Source: Clostridiales bacterium DTU072 (GTDB taxonomy: Bacteria; Bacillota; Clostridia; Christensenellales; DTU072). From it: DNA of 64,000 nucleotides. The notes under the pieces were generated by a model that was given only the letters and a program-made list of their open reading frames with translations, did no database searches and was not told where the DNA came from. This document shows positions 27,701-34,186 of the stretch, piece by piece (position 1 is the stretch's first letter; every line of letters starts with the position of its first letter). The DNA is taken from the NCBI GenBank assembly GCA_001512685.1, contig LFSG01000028.1, forward strand, positions 2,374-66,373. The letters are read 5' to 3'. The translations under genes and the position numbers were made by a program.

Positions 27701-29134
27701 GTAAATTATGTCGAGTTCGGGAAGGAATTTGGCGTAAAGCGTTATGTCGTCGTAATAATCTTCTATGGGCAAATGAGTAATCATTTGTCCTTCAAAAGCG
27801 GCGTTGTCGTACCAGCCCTTAAAAATATAATTTACCTTTGAGGCCGGCCGCAGTTCATAATACCGTTCCATATCGTATGTGTTGGGGTTGTATGAAGAAT
27901 TGACGCCGCCGTCCAAATTATAGCTTACCTCATAAATAATGACCTGCCATTGCGCGTAAACAACCACATTCCCCGTTCTTTGGGACAAGCCCAAAACGCG
28001 ATTGTTATATGCGTCAAACCAACCCGAAAATTGATAGCCGTCTTTATGCGGCTCCGTAAAAATGATTTCGTCCTCAATGGTATATGTGTCGGGATTGGCG
28101 GGATTGTTTACGCCGCCGTCAAGGTTATATATAATATTGTACTCAACGGGTTTCCATTCGGCATAAAGAACCAAGTCGCCCACGGCGCCGGGATTTATGC
28201 GGTCAACCTTTTCATCGTTTGCTTGATTGCGCCAGCCCATAAATTCATAGCCTTGCCTTGTGGCGGCGTTAAAAATTATGGTGTCGGCAATAGTATATGT
28301 AGCGGGGTTGTCTCCGTTTTCGCCCCCTCTGACATCGTAAGAAATCGTGTAATTTTTAATATTCCATTTGGCGTAAAATTCTCTGTTCCTTGTGCTGCCT
28401 TGGGGTATCAGCGTAATCGCGTCGCCTTCAAAAGCGGGATTGTCGAACCATCCCGCAAAAGTGTATCCTTCTTTTGTGGGAGCGTGCAAAACGATATCGG
28501 CGCTTCCGTCATAGGTGGGAACATTGGCGATATTGTTTATGCCGCCGTTAAGATGATAGGTTATGTCATAAGGCAGCCATTTGGCGTAAAAGGTTCTTTC
28601 GCCTATGCTTCCCACAGGTATGGAGGTTATCGGTTGCCCGAAAAATAAATTGTTGTCGTACCAGCCCGCGAAGGTATAGCCTTCTCTTTGGGGCGCAAGT
28701 AAAATTATTTCATCCTCAACGGTATAGGAAGTTGCGTTATTGGCATGGTTAACTCCGCCGTTGAGAACGTAATATATGTTAAAATACACGGGTTTCCAGC
28801 CCGCGAACAGTATTCCCCCCAATTTGCCGTTGAAGTCTAAACTTGAAACGGTTTCAGAATTAAAAGGTATGGTTAATTTTTCGTCCAAAAACCAGCCCGA
28901 AAGCTCATAGCCTTCTTTTTGAGTGTCGGGAAGCGCTATAGCTTGGCCTTTTCGGATAATCGCCACGCTGCCGTCTTCCGTGCCGCCGTTGGTGTTAACC
29001 GTGAATTTCAATTCTGCATTATCGTCGTTTTGGTTGCAACCGATAAAAACAGAGCACACAAAAACCAAGAAAATTGCGACTAAAACAGCGACCCCATATT
29101 TTTTCATAACGGCTAAAAACTCCTTGCGCGACAA
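21782..29134 (-). CDS. giant surface lipoprotein: about 30 Listeria-Bacteroides-type (Flg_new-like) repeats plus a distinct 234-aa C-terminal domain
   Basis: The track ORF is 2450 aa. The likely true start is the ATG at 29107, giving MKKYGVAVLVAIFLVFVCSVFIGC, a lipoprotein signal. The repeat consensus is Y.I.Y.L.GG.N...NP..YT.ED.I.L..P.K.GY.F.GWYDN..F.G..IT.I..GS.G...LYAKW. The C-terminal domain reads YLYFGEYPQS...IRWRVI...LRTWLN. Confidence 0.8.
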   Translation of the reverse strand: MSRKEFLAVMKKYGVAVLVAIFLVFVCSVFIGCNQNDDNAELKFTVNTNGGTEDGSVAIIRKGQAIALPDTQKEGYELSGWFLDEKLTIPFNSETVSSLDFNGKLGGILFAGWKPVYFNIYYVLNGGVNHANNATSYTVEDEIILLAPQREGYTFAGWYDNNLFFGQPITSIPVGSIGERTFYAKWLPYDITYHLNGGINNIANVPTYDGSADIVLHAPTKEGYTFAGWFDNPAFEGDAITLIPQGSTRNREFYAKWNIKNYTISYDVRGGENGDNPATYTIADTIIFNAATRQGYEFMGWRNQANDEKVDRINPGAVGDLVLYAEWKPVEYNIIYNLDGGVNNPANPDTYTIEDEIIFTEPHKDGYQFSGWFDAYNNRVLGLSQRTGNVVVYAQWQVIIYEVSYNLDGGVNSSYNPNTYDMERYYELRPASKVNYIFKGWYDNAAFEGQMITHLPIEDYYDDITLYAKFLPELDIIYYLDGGQNHSDNQIVFTIEDSVTLYDPQKTGYIFLGWYDNESFEGQPITSIPTGTYQNVFLYAKWQAVEYSITYYLDGGTDNTNPASYTIEDENIVLTAPYKHGYTFEGWYNNINHIGNKITMIPKGSVGDRTLYAAWTPTAYSITYHLDGGNNALNNPQTYTINDTVIFYNPTKAGYEFDGWYTDADFTNPIAEIPQNSTGDVVIYAKFLQLYTISYQTNGGINDAKNPSNYTIKDSFILYPALRTGYRFIGWYDNAGFTGDAVDEIEQGTSGNIVLYAEFLIEYGITYVVYGGENNPLNPSGYVETEEIIFESPAKIGYTFIGWYDSEDFDNEITGISFGSQGNITVYALFEVIVYDINYHLDGGSNHPYNVSSYTVEDDSIILMPASKEGYSFKGWYNNGSFEGNPINSIQHGSVGDINLYAKFLKIYHITYLLDGGQNDSDNASTYTQDQTIILKPAIPRDGYRFLYWQLDGEEIQAISGMSGDLTIEAVYEIIQYDITYHLDGGTTNSPSSYTVADTVVLLDAEKAHFVFLGWYDNPDFEGDAITQIESGSSGAKEFYALYEPRQYTITYHLSGSENNPLNPSQYTIFDSFELKTPTRNGFDFLGWYDNAEYNNAPIAAIEEGSHGDIDLFAKWEIKTYIIEYNLKGGINSPLNPTTYTALDTVIFHDPVREEYTFGGWYDFDPSNLSNEELDEKTPITRFEAGTVGNKALYARWLSEVYTITYVLNGGVNNYNNPETYTRDMRITLYSPTKIDHTFIGWYDNPQFLGEPITVIPSGSEGNKTFYAKFSLTYYITYILNGGSYHNEPSTYTQDDDTIILGQPIKSGFVFMGWYANAQFNGEIITEIPAGSTGDKTFHAKFLQQYAVSYFLDNGVNHPDNPNVYTVEDSFTLKDPVKTGYIFVGWYAEATFDTQVYGVEAGITGELKFFAKFLFINELNYILNGGINSPLNPLSFTVEDNYDLYPATRQGYSFEGWYSNANFLGDPITRVGEGSSGLRNLYAKWEIINYTVDYVLNNGINNINNPTDYNIESPTLQLYEPGRTYYEFLGWYDNADFTGNRIEQIISGSTGNLTFYAKWQPIVYTITYELSGGVNNPSNPLTYTIESETIVFGDAQKAGANFVAWYDNPAYSGSSVLGIAKGSVGNRIFYAKWDLIEYNIIYHSDSGASNSPSNPATYNVDSNITLQGAVKGYYTFIGWYDNPDFEGEKITVITGRTGDLHLYSRFSLTYFINYNLNGGVNNPLNSPSFTELSSDIILQAPQKDYYEFEGWHTSADFSTEPITLIPSGTTDDINLYAKWSPKEFSIIYHLGGDGENPNPATYTVETDNINLQAPVRNGYSFQGWYDNAGYQGVPIEVIPMGSVGNREYYAKWEVITYQITYYLDGGVNSIYNPTSYNIQSSNIILEEPLKSYYIFQGWYDNANFEGEAATGIPSGSWGNKEFYALWTPVIYNINYHLYGGVNAASNPHSYTYEDEYILEEPTREYYIFENWYLNSSFTGNPITKIENRNGELNLYAKWIPISFNIIYSLDGGINHLDNPDKYTIETNIILQKATKANYNFMGWYDNPDFEGQPVIQIANRTGDMILYAKFLLAYRITYYLDDGENNVLNPETYTEEDEIILLAPHKANHIFMGWYDNPDYAGDTVSGIPLGESGDKAFYAKFMIAYRITYHLNGGANDEQNPPYYLEDNDIALKNPSRAGYMFLGWYDNPNFEGEPIYIIHGQDKADVTLYARWEQAGYYLYFGEYPQSLAIDEAVAQMGSQADADGYYTSSYDNMRYALLDGKYYKVEPIRWRVITYAEGKATLLADIILDAGAYNDLYQSITWENSKLRTWLNDAFYSAAFNGSFDNVVNSLTQTSVNPAHNTQSGNAVYDNVRLMSIEEMLNNEYGFNSSYGYADNNRIAKVTDYAKARGAYANESGNGIWWLYSAGSNSKYAAYVGAEGKIYTNGNNITLPYYGIRPSICLQLTAD
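22490..29010 (-). repeat. in-frame array of about 30 diverged coding repeats of roughly 73 aa (about 219 bp)
   Basis: I counted 30 repeat ends of the type (L/F)YA(K/E/R)(W/F) followed by x.Y.I.Y. The copies are diverged at the DNA level and I noticed no long identical tracts. Confidence 0.75.
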
Positions 29135-29163
29135 AATAGACTTCCCTATAATACTACATATAT

Positions 29164-29192
29164 ATTATATTAAAAAGAAAAGGGCGTGTCAA
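29164..29192 (-). promoter_or_regulatory. perfect consensus sigma-A promoter of the 2450-aa lipoprotein gene
   Basis: The minus strand has TTGACA (29187-29192), a 17-nt spacer and TATAAT (29164-29169), followed by ATATATGTA. This leaves a 5' UTR of about 50 nt to the ATG at 29107. Confidence 0.7.
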
Positions 29193-29199
29193 TACAATC

Positions 29200-29892
29200 T
29201 TAATCGCCCAGCGCATGTATGGCTTTCATCAACGACGGCTCTATTTTTTCGGGATTTACCACAATAATATTGGTGGGGCGGTGGCTTAATATGGTCGCGA
29301 TAACATTAAACTCTTCCCTGTCAAAGATATTAAGAATGGGAATGGGCGATTTGTTCTTCAATAGCCGTAAAGTGGAATTGTTGTCAATCACTATGACAGC
29401 CTCCCCCTCTCCGTCCACTCCAAGCATGAAAGTGGTTAATTCAAAGGCGTCTTCCTCGTTTTTACATTGGTTGTAAAGCTTATATGCAAGCTGGGCAAGG
29501 TTCTTCCAATTTTCGATTAATTTATAGCCGCAAAAATTTATAAAGCCGTCTATGGAAACCACCTTGCCCACCTTTTCCATTTCCTCGATAATCTGAGTCT
29601 TTTCCTGAGCGTAATCGATACTGAGCAGCGCCCCCACATATGCGTAAAAACACATATTCTTGAGAGAGCAATTTTTTAACGTCGACATAAGTTCTTTGAA
29701 TTTATAAAAAAAAAGAATGGCGTCGGCTATCAATTCCATTGCTTGATATCTTTCGCCTTCAAAACTAAATTTGGCTCTTACTTTATTCATTCCGAAATGA
29801 AAACGGATATTCTTGCAATACAGATAATCTTTAATGTACTTTATTATCGCCGCCTCTTTTTTATCGACTGAAACCACTAAATTCTCCGGCAT
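29200..29892 (-). CDS. hypothetical protein (possibly YtxC-like; tentative)
   Basis: 230-aa ORF with no signal peptide. The segment VSIDGFINFCGYKLIENW is reminiscent of YtxC-family proteins. This comes from memory only. Confidence 0.35.
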   Translation of the reverse strand: MPENLVVSVDKKEAAIIKYIKDYLYCKNIRFHFGMNKVRAKFSFEGERYQAMELIADAILFFYKFKELMSTLKNCSLKNMCFYAYVGALLSIDYAQEKTQIIEEMEKVGKVVSIDGFINFCGYKLIENWKNLAQLAYKLYNQCKNEEDAFELTTFMLGVDGEGEAVIVIDNNSTLRLLKNKSPIPILNIFDREEFNVIATILSHRPTNIIVVNPEKIEPSLMKAIHALGD

Positions 29893-29924
29893 ATAATATA
29901 GTATATGTTGAGGCTATAAATTTA

Positions 29925-29958
29925 TATTCCGCCAAGCTGCAAGCAGCAAGGCGGAATA
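29925..29958 (-). terminator. long hairpin downstream of the alpha-galactosidase gene (terminator candidate)
   Basis: TATTCCGCC-AA-GCTGC..GCAGC-AA-GGCGGAATA forms about 14 bp with an internal 2x2 mismatch. The flanks are only moderately T-rich. Confidence 0.45.
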
Positions 29959-29992
29959 TAGTTTTTAGTTTGTTCTGTTCTGGCGGCAAATC

Positions 29993-31699
29993 TTATTTAC
30001 ATTTTACCACGGAGCTTTCTCCCGATAAGAAATTGAATTTAAGCTCATACATTTCTTTGCCGTCCATATATTTAATGGAAACATCGTCATCGCTAATGTA
30101 TTCGGCATCCAAAATTTGATATTTGGCAGGCTCAAACGCTTCTTTGACCAGCTCAAGCTGCTCATCGTTGTATCCGCCTATATTGTCGGATACAAACAGC
30201 ACGCTGCCGAACATATTGTTTATCTTGGCAAGCAGCTTCTTTTGCTCTTGGGTAAATCTTAATTTGCCCTTTTTAAGGAACAACTCGTCCTTCTTTGTCA
30301 AATCATTATCTCTTAAGAAAAACACATCCGGATCGTTAGCGAACGCTCTGCCGTCCAAGTGACGGCGGAAAATAGTGTTGTTCATAGCGTTTCTGGTATT
30401 TACCACTTCGCTGTTGGTGTGTTTTACATAGAATTTATCCTTGAAGGAAAGATCGACATCGCAGCTTATGCGGCACAAATTGACTTTGCCGAAAGACGGT
30501 CCAAGAGGAACGCCGCAGCCAAGAATATATTTATCTTCGCCCACGCATTCGCGCAAAAAGTCCATGGCTTCGCACATAATCTGGCCTCTTGATTTATTGT
30601 TGCGGGGCTGCATGCATATGCTGTACAGAAAATCCAGCTTAACCAAATCATAGCCCCAATCTTTTACTACCGTGCGAAAAACTTCCCTTATATAATCGGC
30701 GGCTTCTTTAATATAAATGTCAAGCACATACGCGCCTCCCCAAGCTATGCTTCCCAATACGGGTTTGCCTTTATCGTTTTTAATAAGCCATTCTGGGTGA
30801 TTCTTTGCGATTTCGGAATTGCGGGCGGCGCAAAACGGAGCCAGCCACAAGCCCGCCTTATAGCCATAGGAATGAATTCTGTCCGCAAGATATTTCATGC
30901 CTTTGGGGAATTTTTGCTGGTCGGTTTTGAGCCAATCGCCTACCGCGGCTTGATAACCGTCGTCAATTTGGAAAATATCCGCTTTGTCTCCCAGCCTTGA
31001 AAGCCCTTCTAAATCCCTTTCAATAATTTTTTCGGTTATTCCGCCGAAATAGTTATACCATGAGGTATATCCGCATATAAAATTGATTTTGGGCTTGGGA
31101 ATATTCATGACGTTGAAATAACTGTCAAAAACTTGATTATAGCTGCCTTCCGTAATATACAATTCATATAAAGCGTATTCCTTATCGGTGGTTACGCCTT
31201 CCACATCCTTATCGATTCTCAGCTTATTGTTGTTCATATCGTAATAAATAATCGTATAGCCCTGTCTTTCTGTCAAAGAGCCGATAAGCGTAAGCTCGTC
31301 CCCGCTTTTTATATAGCCGTAGGTAAAGCTGTGGAAAAACCCCGGCTTGTTTGAATATTCCGCAAAGGAATAATCGCCGAATATGCTGGCAAAATACTTG
31401 ACGGGATAGTATTTGGCCAATCCCTTCAATCCCTTTTGGGTATCGCCTTTTCTGTACTCCCTCGAAGTGGTCCATGACTGGTAGCCGTTGGCGAACACCT
31501 TGCTGTTTTCCCCATAGGAATAATCATATATTATGCTGCACCTTTTCATTTCAATTTTTGTTTTGGGAACAAGCTTAAGCGTAAACAGCTTATTTTTGAA
31601 AACGCTTGAAACAGAGTAATGCTCATTTTCTTTTTTGTCCGACACAAACAGCTTTCCGTCAATTAAATATTCAAAACGAAAATTATAATTATTTAACAT
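29993..31699 (-). CDS. clan GH-D alpha-galactosidase (GH36-like, short form)
   Basis: 568 aa. Motifs FQIDDGYQ, GLWLAPF, VKLDFLY (KxD nucleophile context) and ANDPDVFFL (acid/base context). No signal peptide. Confidence 0.65.
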   Translation of the reverse strand: MLNNYNFRFEYLIDGKLFVSDKKENEHYSVSSVFKNKLFTLKLVPKTKIEMKRCSIIYDYSYGENSKVFANGYQSWTTSREYRKGDTQKGLKGLAKYYPVKYFASIFGDYSFAEYSNKPGFFHSFTYGYIKSGDELTLIGSLTERQGYTIIYYDMNNNKLRIDKDVEGVTTDKEYALYELYITEGSYNQVFDSYFNVMNIPKPKINFICGYTSWYNYFGGITEKIIERDLEGLSRLGDKADIFQIDDGYQAAVGDWLKTDQQKFPKGMKYLADRIHSYGYKAGLWLAPFCAARNSEIAKNHPEWLIKNDKGKPVLGSIAWGGAYVLDIYIKEAADYIREVFRTVVKDWGYDLVKLDFLYSICMQPRNNKSRGQIMCEAMDFLRECVGEDKYILGCGVPLGPSFGKVNLCRISCDVDLSFKDKFYVKHTNSEVVNTRNAMNNTIFRRHLDGRAFANDPDVFFLRDNDLTKKDELFLKKGKLRFTQEQKKLLAKINNMFGSVLFVSDNIGGYNDEQLELVKEAFEPAKYQILDAEYISDDDVSIKYMDGKEMYELKFNFLSGESSVVKCK

Positions 31700-31769
31700 T
31701 TTGCCTCCCCAAATAACTTTTTATAAATTATATCATATAAGCGCAAGGTTTTCAATAAGGTAATAACGC

Positions 31770-32798
31770 CTATCGATAAATCACTTTATACGCCACATCA
31801 GGGCTGTCGGTTATGATCGCGTCGGCGCCTATTTCTACAAGATGTTTGATATGTTTTTCTTTATTGATTGTCCAATACTGCACGGCAATCCCATAATGGT
31901 GAGCATAATCGACAATGCTTTTTTTGCCCAAATTAATGCCGAAATCCTTGTAAGGTATTTGTAATACTTTATATTTAATATTCTTTTTTGACAAATCGAC
32001 ATTGAATATACTACAGTAATAAAATTCCAAAACCTCGGCAATCCCCGCCGAACGGGTAATCATGGGATATTTCATATCGATATAATCGCTTACGCTTTTA
32101 TTGAAAGTTCCCACTATCACCTTGTCGACTATATCAAAATACACAAGTTCTTTGTACAGCAAATCCATGGCTTTATTGCCCAGCTCGCCTTCGTCCTTTA
32201 TTTCTATAATATAGTACAAATCATAATCAATTTCGCTTCTTATGTATTCAAGAATCTCCCTTAAGCTTATTATTCTGATATTGTTCGGAATGTCTTGTCC
32301 GCGCAAACCCCGGTACGGATAGTTGCCGCTTTTATCCTTATGCTTCTCCGCCATGTTCAGACCGTTGATTCTGCCATAGGTCTTTTGGCTGACCAGCACA
32401 TTTTTTTTCTTAAAAAATTCTCTTGCGTTGCTTGTGCGGTCAAGAGAATCGTCGGGCAGCAAAACAAGCTTGTCATCGAATGTTACATGCAAATCAAATT
32501 CCAATATGTCCACCCTGTAATTATGGGCTTTAAGGCAACTTTCAAAAGCCGCCAGGGTATTTTCGGGCGCGACATCGGCACCCGCTCTGTGCGCGGCGAT
32601 TAAAGGGCGCTCATGAAAGGTAATAAACCTGTTGTCCCCGTTGTAATTATCAATGCCTTTAACCTTGGGAATGCCCGAAGAAAGGGAAAGGCAAACAAAT
32701 ATCATAATAACGCTGAAAAGGGCTATTATGGTATAGCCCAAGCCCTTTCTTCGCTTAAAAAATTTCCTAATCTTTTGTTTAATCATGGCCGCTCCCAA
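31770..32798 (-). CDS. membrane-anchored glycerophosphodiester phosphodiesterase family protein
   Basis: 342 aa with an N-terminal TM segment (GYTIIALFSVIMIFVCLSL). GDPD motifs are IAAHRAGADVAPENTLAAFE, EFDLHVT and WTIN. Confidence 0.75.
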   Translation of the reverse strand: MGAAMIKQKIRKFFKRRKGLGYTIIALFSVIMIFVCLSLSSGIPKVKGIDNYNGDNRFITFHERPLIAAHRAGADVAPENTLAAFESCLKAHNYRVDILEFDLHVTFDDKLVLLPDDSLDRTSNAREFFKKKNVLVSQKTYGRINGLNMAEKHKDKSGNYPYRGLRGQDIPNNIRIISLREILEYIRSEIDYDLYYIIEIKDEGELGNKAMDLLYKELVYFDIVDKVIVGTFNKSVSDYIDMKYPMITRSAGIAEVLEFYYCSIFNVDLSKKNIKYKVLQIPYKDFGINLGKKSIVDYAHHYGIAVQYWTINKEKHIKHLVEIGADAIITDSPDVAYKVIYR

Positions 32799-32822
32799 AA
32801 ATTAAACGGACGGTTAGTAGCA

Positions 32823-34055
32823 TTATTTATTCTGATTATTCAAGCCTTCTTCATCATATATCTTCAACGCTTTCATAATTATGTCATAGACAACGCCCAG
32901 ACAATTCTTGTCAAGATTGTCGTATGTATCTCTTCTTGTGTGGTAATAGTCCTTAAGCTTATGATCAAGCGCCGCAAGGCAGCAGGCTTTTAAGCCGCCT
33001 TGAGCCAAAGCCGCCGCGTCGGTTGAGCCCACGCTGACCGTGCCGTACGGTATATCGTAACCGACTTCTTTTCCCGCCTTCTTCAATAAGCGGGCAACAT
33101 CTTCATCGGCTTTCACAATTCCGTTAAGGTCTTTGGTGTATATAGTCAAATGCTCGATTTCCCTCAATGTTTCCATGGGAATAAATATGGTTTCGCAATC
33201 ATTAAAATCGTCTTTATGTTCATCGGCAAACGCTTTGGCCCCTCTTAATCCCGCTTCCTCAGAGCCTGTCAACAAAACGCATACTTCGGTGTTTTCAAAT
33301 TCTATTCCCTCGTCTTTCAGGGTTTTAAGCGCCGCCATCGCCATATAGCAAGCGGTAAGGTTATCGTTGGCTCCGTCCACAACTTTCTTGGTATTGCTGA
33401 ACCAATACATCCCTATCCAAAAGGGAACAAAAATTAAGCCCACAAGACCTACTATCAAAGGAATCCCCGAGCTTAATTGATAGCCTATGCCGCCGTTGGC
33501 GATTATGGCATAAATTGAATAAAGGGCCAAATAAACAATGCCGCCGATAGATACAAGGAAGGATAAAGCAAATCCGACAAATCCGAATTTATGATTATAA
33601 GTCCATTCCCATGTGGCGTCCGCATGCCCGTTAAGCACAATTCTTCTCTTCACTTCGCCTTTAGGCTTTTTAACCGCGAATACATTGCATGAAACTTTTT
33701 CGGGGAAAAGCGGATCCAACAGTTTTTTGTATAATACAAATTGTGAAATCATGGGAATCATCCCGATAACAATTAATAATAACGATACAAAAGGCACAAA
33801 GAATGACAATATGTAAGCGATAAGAACGCAAGTAACCGATATGGGTATCCAACCCATAAACGAACCCGGATTGACCTTAAAGTCTTCGATTGTTACTTCG
33901 TCCGAGTATTTTCTCAACTCTTCGGCCATATACTCTTGGGCCTTTCTTTCGCCTTCGCTGCCCGGATCTCTGGGACCAAATTTAACGATGATGTCCTTAA
34001 TTCCGTCAACTATGTAATTGACGCTCTTTTCTCTTCTTTCTTTAGAAATCTCCAT
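32823..34055 (-). CDS. M28-family metallopeptidase with inserted hydrophobic (TM-like) segments
   Basis: 410 aa. M28 ligand motifs appear in order: LNGHADA, GANDNLT, GSEEAGLRGA and YHTRRDT. Several long hydrophobic stretches lie before the first motif and between the first and second motifs. Confidence 0.65.
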   Translation of the reverse strand: MEISKERREKSVNYIVDGIKDIIVKFGPRDPGSEGERKAQEYMAEELRKYSDEVTIEDFKVNPGSFMGWIPISVTCVLIAYILSFFVPFVSLLLIVIGMIPMISQFVLYKKLLDPLFPEKVSCNVFAVKKPKGEVKRRIVLNGHADATWEWTYNHKFGFVGFALSFLVSIGGIVYLALYSIYAIIANGGIGYQLSSGIPLIVGLVGLIFVPFWIGMYWFSNTKKVVDGANDNLTACYMAMAALKTLKDEGIEFENTEVCVLLTGSEEAGLRGAKAFADEHKDDFNDCETIFIPMETLREIEHLTIYTKDLNGIVKADEDVARLLKKAGKEVGYDIPYGTVSVGSTDAAALAQGGLKACCLAALDHKLKDYYHTRRDTYDNLDKNCLGVVYDIIMKALKIYDEEGLNNQNK

Positions 34056-34186
34056 AAATCCTATCTCCTTTCATTAAGCTTGACTCAAAACAGTTTAGCA
34101 TAAATTATCAAAGAATGCAATAATGATTAATGCTTTCTATTGAAGAAAATATGCCGTTTATTGTTTTTTATGAAAATCCCCTCGTT

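Noticed and set aside
22655-28648. Many plus-strand ORFs of 60-230 aa antisense to the giant genes, for example 22655-23218 and 27950-28648. Similar ones lie in 34791-43674 and 45406-50456.
   Set aside because: They are shadow ORFs on the opposite strand of long, clearly coding minus-strand genes. They have low-complexity, repeat-mirroring sequences and no Shine-Dalgarno or promoter context.
21782-29134. A regular periodicity of about 220 bp that could superficially suggest a CRISPR-like or satellite array.
   Set aside because: The period lies inside one long open reading frame and corresponds to a 73-aa protein repeat. The copies are diverged with no identical direct repeats or unique spacers, and no cas genes are present.
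29200-34055. Treating the alpha-galactosidase / GDPD / M28 peptidase / hypothetical gene cluster as a mobile or horizontally acquired island.
   Set aside because: No integrase, transposase, tRNA target or flanking direct repeats are visible. The orientation and apparent composition match the surrounding genes.
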